Made by a program: the position numbers and the translations under genes. The notes beneath the pieces are model-generated. The model was not told where the DNA came from and made no database searches. It was given only the letters and a program-made list of their open reading frames with translations. 64,000 nucleotides of DNA from an uncultured Dehalococcoidales bacterium (lineage in GTDB: Bacteria > Chloroflexota > Dehalococcoidia > Lucifugimonadales > Lucifugimonadaceae). Shown here piece after piece: positions 9,951 through 19,629 of this stretch (the stretch's first letter is position 1; every line of letters begins with the position of its first letter). Where the stretch lies: NCBI GenBank assembly GCA_964590915.1, contig CAZPYN010000002.1, positions 17,426 through 81,425 on the forward strand, written 5' to 3'.

Positions 9951-10728
9951 AATCCTTGTTCATTTCTTTGGAAAATTCTCTATCAATTTCCCCCGGAGTA
10001 TAAATACCTTCACGAATTCTTTGTTGCCCAAATTCATCTTTTAATCGAATGCTTTCTGAATTAATAACAACTTCTTCAGCTAGATGAGGTGGGATAAAAA
10101 TTACTCCCGATCTTGTTCCAAGGACTACATCTCCTGGCATACATGTTGCTTCACCAATTCTAGTTATCCCGTTAATTTCTACCATACTTACATTGTTTAT
10201 TGCACTTGGATCATAACCTCTTATAAAAGCATTAAAATCTTCCATTTCAAAGATTCTCTGTGTATCCCTTATACCTCCATCTATAATCATTCCTGTGCCT
10301 GTTTTTGATTTAATTGCGGTAGTTAAATTATCACCAGCAAAAGTCCCATCAAAAATTTTACCAAATAGATCAACTACAATTAAATCATTTTCTTTCAATT
10401 CATCGATTACCCATGAGTTTTGAAAACCAATGCGGGAATCTTTTTCTCCTTGAGAATCAATTGCTTCGTGTAAATCTGGTCTTCTTGGTACCCACCTACA
10501 AGTAACAGCTCTTCCGACGACTACTCGTTCAGGATGAAGGTTTTTCCAATTCCCAACGAATTGAAAATTATATCCATGTTTTCTACAAGTGCCCCATGCT
10601 TCTTCAGTAGTTACTAGACTCATTCGTTTCAAAATATTATCAGGGACCAAAGGTCTTTGGTGCTTATCCCTTTTCCCACTCCATTTATTTGTTATTGATT
10701 GAATAATCGCTGGGTTCGTTAATTTCAT
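9925..10728 (-). CDS. RraA-like / 4-hydroxy-4-methyl-2-oxoglutarate (class II) aldolase family protein with N-terminal extension
   Basis: 267 aa. GDNLTTAIKSKTGTGMIIDGGIRDTQRI matches the RraA/HMG-aldolase core. It is about 100 aa longer than canonical RraA. Confidence 0.65.
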   Translation of the reverse strand: MKLTNPAIIQSITNKWSGKRDKHQRPLVPDNILKRMSLVTTEEAWGTCRKHGYNFQFVGNWKNLHPERVVVGRAVTCRWVPRRPDLHEAIDSQGEKDSRIGFQNSWVIDELKENDLIVVDLFGKIFDGTFAGDNLTTAIKSKTGTGMIIDGGIRDTQRIFEMEDFNAFIRGYDPSAINNVSMVEINGITRIGEATCMPGDVVLGTRSGVIFIPPHLAEEVVINSESIRLKDEFGQQRIREGIYTPGEIDREFSKEMNKDFENWKKKK

Positions 10729-10771
10729 ATATTTTCTCCATCAGTATATTTTATAATATTTATCTTTATTG

Positions 10772-13700
10772 TTAGATTGGTTTTGAAAGTTCTCTAAATT
10801 TTTCTATCATTTCTTCTTTTATTACAGATAGTTCTCTAAGAAAAATCTCAATCTCTAAAAGAAATTCTTTCTTATTTTCAGGTATAAAAATAATTTGTTT
10901 AAATCCAATTGAAAAATTACCTTTAACTTTTTTATTTATATAACCCTTCATGTCAGATAATGAATAATCAAAAGTAATTATTATTTTTTCTTCATTTCCT
11001 TTAATACTAGTTATGGTATTTAAATAGCTAATTATTTTTAACCTTGTTATTTGAATTAAAAGCTGTAATTCAATAGGGATTTTCCCGAATCTATCTACAA
11101 TTTCTTCATCAAACTTTTTCAACTCTTCTAAAGTTCTAATTTTTGCAATTTGAAGATATATTTGTAACTTTAAGTTTAAATCTCCAATATAAGAATCGGG
11201 TATTCTAGCATTGATTTTAATATCAATTATATTTTGTAAAAAAAATCCTAAATCTAGATCATTTCCTTTTTTTAATGTATCAACAGCGGATTTTAATAAT
11301 GAATTATATAAATCATAACCTATGTTATTTATATGCCCACTTTGTTCTTTACCTAAAACATTACCTGCACCTCTTAGTTCCAGATCGCGCAATGCTAAAT
11401 TATAGCCAGTCCCATATTCTGAAGAACTAATCAAAGCACTTAATCTATCTTCTGAATTTTTATTTAAAATAGCATTTTTTGGTACCATAAAATAGGCGAA
11501 TGAACTTTTTTCACTTCTTCCTATTCTTCCTCTAATTTGGTAAAGTTGTGACAATCCAAATTTGTGCGAATTATTAACAATTAAAGTATTAACATTTGGC
11601 ATATCTATCCCAGATTCTATAATAGTTGTACATATCAAAACGTTAAATTTTTTATCAATAAAATCATTGATCACTTTTTCTAGATGATTTTTTTCCATTT
11701 GTCCATGGGCAAAATTTACAATTGCTTCAGGTACTAGTTTTTTTATTCTTTGAGTAATAATTTCGATATTGAAAATTTCATTGTGAATAAAAAAAATTTG
11801 TCCCTTGCGATCAATTTCTCTCATAATTGCTTCACGTATTAACTTTTCTGAGTATTCAGAAACATATGTATTTACAGGAAGTCGATTCTCAGGAGGAGAT
11901 GAAATCATACTAAGGTCTCGTATTCCATTAAGTGCCATGTTTAAAGTTCTTGGGATTGGAGTTGCGCTCAAGCTAAGTACATCGACATTTATTTGTTTAT
12001 GTTTAATGTATTCCTTTTGATTTACACCAAATTTATGTTCTTCATCAATAATTAATAACCCTAAATTGTTAAATATAATGTCATTTTGTATTAATTTATG
12101 AGTTCCGATGATTATATCTACTTTCCCTTTAAATAACTCTTCTTTGATTTTCGTTACATTTTTATCAGTAACAAATCTTGATAAATATTGAATATTTATT
12201 GGGAAAGGATTAAGTCTTTCTTTAAAAGTTTGAAAGTGTTGTAATGCCAAAACAGTTGTAGGTACTAAAATTGCAACTTGATAGCCATTTTCAACAGATT
12301 TAAATGCCGCTCTTATTGCGACTTCTGTCTTACCATATCCAACATCTCCACATAACAAACGATCCATTGGATTTTTTGATTCTAAATCGTTTTTTATTTC
12401 TTCTATCGCACTTATTTGATCTTTGGTTTCTTTAAACTCAAAAGATTCCTCTAATATTTTTTGCCAATCTGAATCTTTGGAATATTTGTTTCCTTTAATT
12501 TTTTCTCTAGCTGCATAAATTTTTAATAATTCCGCTGCGAGGATTTCAATAGATTGTTTCGCTTTATTTTTAGTTTTTATCCATTTAGTTGAGCCCAAGC
12601 TCTCTAACTGAGGATTATCTTTTTGATAAGATTTATATGGTTGAATCCTGTCTATTTGATCAGCAGGAACATATAATTTGTCATTATTTTTATAAAATAT
12701 TTCAATAAATTCTCTACCTGTTTCATCCAATATAGTTGTGCCATTATATCTTCCGATACCGTGATCTATATGTACAACAAAATCATTTTTTTCAAAAAGA
12801 TCTATAGATGTTGTTGATTGAGGTAGATTTGATAGAGAATTATACCTGTGTTTTTTTCTTATACCAAAAATTTCTTTATCTGTAAGAATCAAAATTGACA
12901 TATTATTGTTAGTTTTTAAACTAAATCCTTCTCCTAAATTCTTAGATATTATTGACATTTTTGATTTAGGGGTAATTTCTATTCCATCAAATATGTTTAA
13001 ATTATCCATATTTAGAATTTCTTTTACTCTTTTCGGATAATCAGTAGTAATAATAATTTTTTGATTTGGTATGTTTTTGTCAATATATTTTGATAATATA
13101 TTTTCACTTGAGCTATAAACAGTTGGCAATGAGAAATTGAATTTAAATTTTTTGTTTGTCTCTACTCGGTCTATCTGATCAATATTTATACAATTTGAAA
13201 ATGAATGGTATATTTTTTCCATTTCTTTTTTTGATATGTACGGAACTGGGAATGATGTTGGGATCTCTTTTTTTTCAACCTTGATATCGTAAGATTCTTC
13301 CCTATATTTTGTAATAGCATCTAGTTCAGAAAATATTTTATTTTGATCCAAATTGATGATTAAATAATCCTTTTTTATATAATCAAAAATGGTTCCATAA
13401 TCAAAGAACCCAGAGAATAAATTTTTTGAATCGTCATTATCTGTTTCAATTATTTCTTTTAATTCTTTATACAAATTGGGATAGATTTCTTTATTGTCAA
13501 AACAATTTTTATTTTGCAATTTTATTTTTTTAGGATTCCTATTGATTACCAACGTTTCTTCAATTGGAGTTATTTCTATTTTTTTTAATTCATCATAAGA
13601 TTGTTGATTATTAGGATTAAATATTCTTATATTTTCAATTACATCATAAAAAAAATCGACTCTTATAGGATTTTTATTTGATAGGGAAAAAATATCTAAA

Positions 13701-14260
13701 ATATCACCCCTAACTGCGAATTCTCCTGGATTTTCAACCAAGGATGTTTTTTTATATCCGTTATTAATCAAATTATTTACTGCTTCTTCTAGTTTTTTCT
13801 CCATTCCAATTTCTAACTTGAAACTTAGTTCACTAAATAAATCAAAAGGCATTGTTTTTGTACTTATGGATTGGATAGAAGTAGCGATTATGGGAGTTTT
13901 TCCATAATAACTTTTCTTGAAAAGAGAGTTTAAACATCTAAGCCTTTCAATTGTATTTATTTTATTTGGCTTATATTTTTCAAGAAAAATTTCATTTCTT
14001 TCATTGAAGTTCATATGAATTGTTTTGGTACTCCAAAAATTAAGATCTTCTATTAAATTTCTAGACTCTTCTGTGTTGGATGTAACCACAATAGTAGGTT
14101 TATTTATGTACTTAACTAATGAAATTATTAAATAAGCATTAACTTGTCTAGGAGCTATTATAGTCGGTTTATTTTTAGAGTAAGCAGAATTAACCACATC
14201 AGAAAATGTGGGGTCATTATTTAAAATATCCGTTATTTCCATCAAACTATTAGAATACAT
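10772..14260 (-). CDS. mfd: transcription-repair coupling factor
   Basis: 1162 aa with a superfamily-2 helicase core (CGDVGYGKTEVA, DEEHKFG, SATPIPRT, QLYQIRGRIGR), a CarD-like domain (VVHIDHGIGRY) and a UvrB-homology N-terminus. Confidence 0.95.
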   Translation of the reverse strand: MYSNSLMEITDILNNDPTFSDVVNSAYSKNKPTIIAPRQVNAYLIISLVKYINKPTIVVTSNTEESRNLIEDLNFWSTKTIHMNFNERNEIFLEKYKPNKINTIERLRCLNSLFKKSYYGKTPIIATSIQSISTKTMPFDLFSELSFKLEIGMEKKLEEAVNNLINNGYKKTSLVENPGEFAVRGDILDIFSLSNKNPIRVDFFYDVIENIRIFNPNNQQSYDELKKIEITPIEETLVINRNPKKIKLQNKNCFDNKEIYPNLYKELKEIIETDNDDSKNLFSGFFDYGTIFDYIKKDYLIINLDQNKIFSELDAITKYREESYDIKVEKKEIPTSFPVPYISKKEMEKIYHSFSNCINIDQIDRVETNKKFKFNFSLPTVYSSSENILSKYIDKNIPNQKIIITTDYPKRVKEILNMDNLNIFDGIEITPKSKMSIISKNLGEGFSLKTNNNMSILILTDKEIFGIRKKHRYNSLSNLPQSTTSIDLFEKNDFVVHIDHGIGRYNGTTILDETGREFIEIFYKNNDKLYVPADQIDRIQPYKSYQKDNPQLESLGSTKWIKTKNKAKQSIEILAAELLKIYAAREKIKGNKYSKDSDWQKILEESFEFKETKDQISAIEEIKNDLESKNPMDRLLCGDVGYGKTEVAIRAAFKSVENGYQVAILVPTTVLALQHFQTFKERLNPFPINIQYLSRFVTDKNVTKIKEELFKGKVDIIIGTHKLIQNDIIFNNLGLLIIDEEHKFGVNQKEYIKHKQINVDVLSLSATPIPRTLNMALNGIRDLSMISSPPENRLPVNTYVSEYSEKLIREAIMREIDRKGQIFFIHNEIFNIEIITQRIKKLVPEAIVNFAHGQMEKNHLEKVINDFIDKKFNVLICTTIIESGIDMPNVNTLIVNNSHKFGLSQLYQIRGRIGRSEKSSFAYFMVPKNAILNKNSEDRLSALISSSEYGTGYNLALRDLELRGAGNVLGKEQSGHINNIGYDLYNSLLKSAVDTLKKGNDLDLGFFLQNIIDIKINARIPDSYIGDLNLKLQIYLQIAKIRTLEELKKFDEEIVDRFGKIPIELQLLIQITRLKIISYLNTITSIKGNEEKIIITFDYSLSDMKGYINKKVKGNFSIGFKQIIFIPENKKEFLLEIEIFLRELSVIKEEMIEKFRELSKPI

Positions 14261-14320
14261 AATCCGATATCATATATTGTATGTGATTTTTTTTTATTAT
14301 TTAATTATTTAGAGCTAGTT

Positions 14321-15448
14321 ATGGTAAACAAAAGACAATTAAGAATTGTATTGAAATTTGGTAGTAATCTTATTACAACCAATAATACTGTTTTAAATTA
14401 TAAAGTAATCGATAGTTTGGTATCTCAAATAGCTAAAATATTTGAAGAACATGAAATACTTTTAGTAACATCTGGTGCGGTAGCTGCAGGTCTTCAATAT
14501 ATTTCTTCAGAACGTACAACAAAAATATTAAAAAAAAACTCACTGGTTCAAAAACAAATTCTTGCTTCAGTTGGGCAACCAATATTAATGAAAGCTTATG
14601 AAGAATCATTTGATAAACATTCTATTTCCATATCACAAGCATTACTTGCTAAGGGAGATTTTGAAAATCGAAATGGATACTTAAATATAAGAAATACACT
14701 ACTTGAACTATTACAAATTGGTATCTTACCAATAATAAATGAAAATGATGTTGTTGCAACTGAAGAGTTAAATAGATACGGAGATAACGATAGACTTTCT
14801 GCAATGGTTGCGAATGCTGTTGATGCAGATATTTTAATTCTTCTTGGTACAATTGATGGATTATATACTGAAGATCCAAATATAAATAACGATGCAAAAA
14901 AAATAGAAATAGTTGAAAAGATAGATCCTAAGATCATCAGTTATGCTAAAGGACCTTTAGATAAAGTTGGGACTGGCGGAATGATTTCTAAAATCCAAGC
15001 AGCAAACATAGCAACCAAATCCGGAATCGCAATGTATATAGCTTCTGGTTTGCAAAATCAAGTTATTCAAAGAATAATAAATGATGAAACAGTTGGAACA
15101 AAATTTTTGCCAAAAGAATCTAATTTAGAATCAAGAAAACGTTGGTTAGTAACTGGATATGCTTCTTCTAAAGGTGAAATAATTTTGGACAAAGGTGCTG
15201 TGAAAGCAGTAAATAAGAATGCGAGTGTTCTTCCTGCAGGAGTGACGTCCGTTATGGGGAACTTTGATAGAGGAGATATTATTGCAATAAAAGATGATAA
15301 ATCAGCCACAATTGGTTTGGGAATATCTAATTACTCTTCAGATGAAATAAGTAAAATTAAAGGTATAAAAAGCTCTGGAATAAATGAATTGGTTGACAAT
15401 AACTATGGAGATGAAGTAGTCCATAGAAACAATTTTATTTTTATCTAA
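14321..15448 (+). CDS. proB: glutamate 5-kinase (with PUA domain)
   Basis: 375 aa with an amino-acid kinase fold (VLKFGSN, VTSGAVAAG, NENDVVATEE..GDNDRLSA) and a C-terminal PUA block. Confidence 0.95.
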   Translation: MVNKRQLRIVLKFGSNLITTNNTVLNYKVIDSLVSQIAKIFEEHEILLVTSGAVAAGLQYISSERTTKILKKNSLVQKQILASVGQPILMKAYEESFDKHSISISQALLAKGDFENRNGYLNIRNTLLELLQIGILPIINENDVVATEELNRYGDNDRLSAMVANAVDADILILLGTIDGLYTEDPNINNDAKKIEIVEKIDPKIISYAKGPLDKVGTGGMISKIQAANIATKSGIAMYIASGLQNQVIQRIINDETVGTKFLPKESNLESRKRWLVTGYASSKGEIILDKGAVKAVNKNASVLPAGVTSVMGNFDRGDIIAIKDDKSATIGLGISNYSSDEISKIKGIKSSGINELVDNNYGDEVVHRNNFIFI

Positions 15449-15465
15449 CTGCCGGGATTCGAAAT

Positions 15466-16740
15466 ATGAAAAATGAATTAGACAAATTAGTTGATCAAAT
15501 TTCTAAAGTAAAATTTGCTTCCAATAATCTAGTGTTATTAGAGCCATCTGATAGAGAAAAATGCTTAAAGATTATTTCTGAAGAACTAAAAAATAAGTCT
15601 TCAGAAATAATGGATGTTAATTCAAAAGAAATAATTGATGCTAATAAAAATGGCTTACCTAAACATGTAATAAATAGAATGAAATTATCAGAGAATTCTA
15701 TTTTACAAATGGCTAAATCAGTTGATAGTGTAATCAAATTATCAGACCCAGTAAATAAAGTTATAGAAACGAATAATCGTGACAATGGTTTGATAATAAA
15801 AAAAATAAGAGTTCCTTTAGGAGTTTTAGCGGTAATTTTTGAAAGTAGACCGAATGTAGTTGTAGAAATTGCTTCTTTAGCAATAAAATCTGGAAATGCC
15901 TTGGTTTTGAGGGGAGGAAAAGATTCATATAATACAAACAAATTTCTCTTTAATATTATTCAAAAAGCTTTGTTGGATTCTAATTTCCCTAAAGATTCTA
16001 TGTATTTTGTTGAATCAACTGATAGAAAAATGGTAAATCGAATTATGGAATTAGATAAATATATTGATTTGTTAATTCCTAGAGGTTCTGCAAGTTTGGT
16101 TAATTTGGTAAATGAAAAAGCTAGAATGCCTGCAATAACTGGAGGGATAGGGGTATGTCACACTTATGTTGATAAATCTTATGAATTAACCAAAGCCTTA
16201 GATATAATAGCTAATGCCAAAATTCAAAATCCTTCAGTATGTAATGCATTAGATACAATCTTAATCCACAAGGATATATTGAAAGAATTTGTAGATCCAA
16301 TGTTTGACTTCCTTGCTGATAAAAATGTTGAGATTAGAGCTGATCAAAAATCTTTTGATAGCTACTCAAAATCACCACAAAATTTAGTTAAATTAGCAAA
16401 AAATAGTGATTTTGGAGAAGAATTTTTAGACTTGATACTAAGTGTAAAGACAGTAAAAAACATAGATGATGCTATTGCACACATATCTAAATATGGATCA
16501 GGTCATTCAGAAGCGATAATAACTAATAGTGAATATGAGGCAAAATATTTTTTACAAAAAGTAGATGCAGGTGCAGTTTTTCATAACACTTCTACACGAT
16601 TTAATGATGGGTTTGAATTTGGCTTAGGGGCTGAGGTTGCAGTTTCTACAGATAAAATGCATGCTAGAGGACCAATGGGAATAATAGAAATCATGACTTA
16701 TAAATGGCAAGTATTTGGTAATGGGCAATTAAGAAGTTAG
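15466..16740 (+). CDS. proA: gamma-glutamyl phosphate reductase
   Basis: 424 aa with IFESRPNV, LRGGK, the catalytic Cys in NPSVCNALDT and HSEAI. Confidence 0.95.
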   Translation: MKNELDKLVDQISKVKFASNNLVLLEPSDREKCLKIISEELKNKSSEIMDVNSKEIIDANKNGLPKHVINRMKLSENSILQMAKSVDSVIKLSDPVNKVIETNNRDNGLIIKKIRVPLGVLAVIFESRPNVVVEIASLAIKSGNALVLRGGKDSYNTNKFLFNIIQKALLDSNFPKDSMYFVESTDRKMVNRIMELDKYIDLLIPRGSASLVNLVNEKARMPAITGGIGVCHTYVDKSYELTKALDIIANAKIQNPSVCNALDTILIHKDILKEFVDPMFDFLADKNVEIRADQKSFDSYSKSPQNLVKLAKNSDFGEEFLDLILSVKTVKNIDDAIAHISKYGSGHSEAIITNSEYEAKYFLQKVDAGAVFHNTSTRFNDGFEFGLGAEVAVSTDKMHARGPMGIIEIMTYKWQVFGNGQLRS

Positions 16741-16747
16741 AAAAAAT

Positions 16748-17638
16748 ATGAAAAAAATAATGGTGCCAGCTTCATCTGCAAATTTAGGATCAGGATTTGA
16801 TTCAATAGGTTTGTGCTTAGATTTATGGAATGAAATTGAATTTCATCAATCAAAATTTAAAATCAGTATTTCTGGTGAAGGTAAAGAAACTATTAATAAA
16901 GATAAAAACAATTTAATCTATCAGAGTTATTTGAAAACTAGTGAAATTTTAAATACACAATTAATTGATTTATCAATTAATTGTGTTAATTCTATTCCTA
17001 TTTCTGGAGGACTAGGTAGTAGTTCATCTGCGGTGATAGCAGGTATAATGATTGCTTTTTCAATTAATCAAATAGAAATAGATAAAAATAAAATATATCA
17101 AATTGCTTCACAAATCGAAGGACATCCAGATAATGTAGGTCCTGCTATTTTTGGAGGAATAACCATTGGATTTCAAGAAAAAAATAATTGGCATATAAAT
17201 CAAATACCATTTCCAAAAGATTTAAAAATAGTATCTTTTGTTTCTAATCAAAAGATACTAACTGAAGATTCAAGAAAAAAATTACCCGATAATATTTCTC
17301 GAAAAGATGCTGTATATAATATTTCAAGAGTCGCGACTTTAGTAAATTCTCTCAACAATTCACAATATAATGATTTGAAATATTCAGTTCAGGATGCTAT
17401 TCATGAGAGATATAGAATTGATTCAATTAAAGGATTCAAATTAATTTCGGATGCAGCTATGAATGCAGGAGCATTAGCTACTTATCTGTCTGGTTCTGGG
17501 CCTACCATTTCAGCGATAACTAATAATAAAGAAGTAACAATAAATTATGAAATGCTTGAAGCAGCAGCAAGATTAGATATTGATGGTAAAGGGTTCATCA
17601 ATAATGTTTCTTATAAAGGAGCACACATAATTGCATAA
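16748..17638 (+). CDS. thrB: homoserine kinase
   Basis: 296 aa with GHMP kinase motifs PASSANLGSGFD and PISGGLGSSSSA. Confidence 0.9.
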   Translation: MKKIMVPASSANLGSGFDSIGLCLDLWNEIEFHQSKFKISISGEGKETINKDKNNLIYQSYLKTSEILNTQLIDLSINCVNSIPISGGLGSSSSAVIAGIMIAFSINQIEIDKNKIYQIASQIEGHPDNVGPAIFGGITIGFQEKNNWHINQIPFPKDLKIVSFVSNQKILTEDSRKKLPDNISRKDAVYNISRVATLVNSLNNSQYNDLKYSVQDAIHERYRIDSIKGFKLISDAAMNAGALATYLSGSGPTISAITNNKEVTINYEMLEAAARLDIDGKGFINNVSYKGAHIIA

Positions 17639-18851
17639 TGTAATAGTACAAAAATATGGTGGAACCTCTGTTGGAGATGAAGAAAAAATTAAACAGATTG
17701 CAAAAAATATTTGTAAGAAATTTGATGATGGATATAAACCGATCATAGTAGTTTCTGCAATGGGAAGTACTACAGATGAATTAATAAAAATGTCTAAAAA
17801 AGTTACTTTTTCTGATAAAAATCCTGATTTAAGAGAAAGGGATATTTTGTTATCGACTGGAGAATTAGTTTCATCTACCTTATTAGCAATTTCTATAAGT
17901 TCATTAGGTAAGAATGTTATAAGTTTGTCTGGTTCTCAGGCTGGGATACTTACTAATGATATTCATGGATCGGCAAGAATATCGGACATAAAAATTAACA
18001 GACTTAAAGATGAAATTGCTAAAAACAACATTATAATAATTGCAGGATTTCAAGGAATAAATTCTAACGGAGATATAACTACTTTAGGAAGAGGAGGATC
18101 TGATACTACTGCAGTGGCAATAGCAGCAGCGATTAAGGCAGATCTTTGTGAGATTTATACAGATGTTGAAGGTATTTATACAACTGATCCTAGAGTTGTT
18201 TCTAAAGCTAGAAAATTAGATAAAATTAACTATGAAGATATGTTAGAGATGTCAGTTTTAGGTGCAAAGATGCATCCTAGATCCATTGAATTGGCTTCTC
18301 AATATAAAGTCCCCATATACGTTTGTGGAACATTTTCTTCAAAATCGGGGACCTTAATCACTGGAGGAGATAATATGGAAAATAATAAAAAAATTACTGG
18401 AATTGCGATAGATAAGAATGTTGCAAAAATTTCCATAAAAAAAATTAAAGATCAACCTGGTATAGTTGCTAAAATATTAGAACCTTTATCTGAGAAATCA
18501 ATAAGTGTTGATGTTATCGTCCAAAATACTCCAGATAAGGGATATATTGATTTTTCTTTTTCTTTATCTGAAGATGATCTAGAATTTGCTCATGAAATTT
18601 TAATAAATGAAAAAAAAATAAATTATGATTCGATAGTAAAAGCGAAAGGTTTGTCAAAAATCAGCCTTGTAGGAAGTGGTATGCAAAATGAATCAGGGTA
18701 TGCTTCTACAATGTTTAAAGTACTTGGAGATCAACAAGTATCAATAGATATGATAACTACTTCTGAAATTCGTATAACTTGTCTTATAAATCAGAAAGAT
18801 ACTTCTGTAGCGGTCAATGCATTACATTCAGTATTTGAATTAGATAAATAA
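17631..18851 (+). CDS. lysC: aspartate kinase (with two C-terminal ACT domains)
   Basis: 406 aa with a TTG start that overlaps the thrB end by 8 nt. Motifs: VQKYGGTSV, VVVSAMGSTTDEL, LGRGGSDTTA and TDVEGIYTTDPR. Confidence 0.9.
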   Translation: MHNVIVQKYGGTSVGDEEKIKQIAKNICKKFDDGYKPIIVVSAMGSTTDELIKMSKKVTFSDKNPDLRERDILLSTGELVSSTLLAISISSLGKNVISLSGSQAGILTNDIHGSARISDIKINRLKDEIAKNNIIIIAGFQGINSNGDITTLGRGGSDTTAVAIAAAIKADLCEIYTDVEGIYTTDPRVVSKARKLDKINYEDMLEMSVLGAKMHPRSIELASQYKVPIYVCGTFSSKSGTLITGGDNMENNKKITGIAIDKNVAKISIKKIKDQPGIVAKILEPLSEKSISVDVIVQNTPDKGYIDFSFSLSEDDLEFAHEILINEKKINYDSIVKAKGLSKISLVGSGMQNESGYASTMFKVLGDQQVSIDMITTSEIRITCLINQKDTSVAVNALHSVFELDK

Positions 18852-18852
18852 A

Positions 18853-19629
18853 TTATTTTGCTATTTCTTTTTCCAAGATCTCGAGAAATCTTTTTGCATT
18901 AATTTTCAAATTAAGAGTAGAGATATCTTTAAGATTTGTTTCGTTGGGATTAATATCTATAATTTTTTTTCCTTCTTTTTGCGCTATCCAAAACAATCCT
19001 GAAATGGGTCTAACAGTAGCAGAAGTCCCAATAGCGAGAATAACTTTTGATTGATTAAATAATTGTTTCGCTTTATCTAATTTTGTTTTGGGAATTGGTT
19101 CTCCGAACATAACGGTATCAAACTTTACAGTACCGTTACATTGGGGGCAATTTTTTGGAGGTTTTTTTATTATTATTTCATTCCTATCAAACGTTTTTTC
19201 ACACTCAATACATCTAAATTTTGTCCTATTGCCATGTATTTCAATTAAATTTTTTATTCCTGCTTTATGATCAAGATTGTCTATATTTTGTGTGATAACT
19301 CCGTTGATCATTCCTAATTTTTCTAATTTTGAAATTATGTAATGTCCATTATGAGGTTTTGCAATATTTATTTTATGTCTTAATTCATATATATATTTAT
19401 CCATCTTCATATTGATTTCATTATTCCACCATTCGTCTGGATTATTTAGAAATTTTTTATAAGAATCCATTTTTGGGACACCGTATTTAGTCCAAAGTCC
19501 ATTTTTTCCTCTGAAAGTAGGTATTCCACTTTCTACTGACATCCCGGCTCCAAGAACTATAATATTATTGACACTCGATTTCAATAATTCAATAATTTTT
19601 GTTAGATTATTCTTTTGAAACTTTTCCAT
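18853..19629 (-). CDS. cobB: NAD-dependent protein deacylase (sirtuin, Sir2 family)
   Basis: 258 aa with GAGMSVESGIPTFRG, QNIDNL and the catalytic IEIHGN, plus a Zn ribbon CIEC...CPQC. The start overlaps the recF stop region by 23 nt. Confidence 0.85.
   Translation of the reverse strand: MEKFQKNNLTKIIELLKSSVNNIIVLGAGMSVESGIPTFRGKNGLWTKYGVPKMDSYKKFLNNPDEWWNNEINMKMDKYIYELRHKINIAKPHNGHYIISKLEKLGMINGVITQNIDNLDHKAGIKNLIEIHGNRTKFRCIECEKTFDRNEIIIKKPPKNCPQCNGTVKFDTVMFGEPIPKTKLDKAKQLFNQSKVILAIGTSATVRPISGLFWIAQKEGKKIIDINPNETNLKDISTLNLKINAKRFLEILEKEIAK

Noticed and set aside
18853-19629. A Sir2-domain protein translationally coupled to recF (23-nt overlap), considered as a possible NAD-depleting anti-phage effector (Thoeris, DSR or SIR2-HerA type).
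   Set aside because: The protein is short (258 aa). It has the full deacylase motif set (GAGMSVESGIPTFRG, QNIDNL, catalytic HG) and an intact CxxC...CxxC zinc ribbon. There is no extra sensor, SLOG, TIR or helicase partner, and the flanking genes are housekeeping. An ordinary CobB-type sirtuin is the simpler reading.
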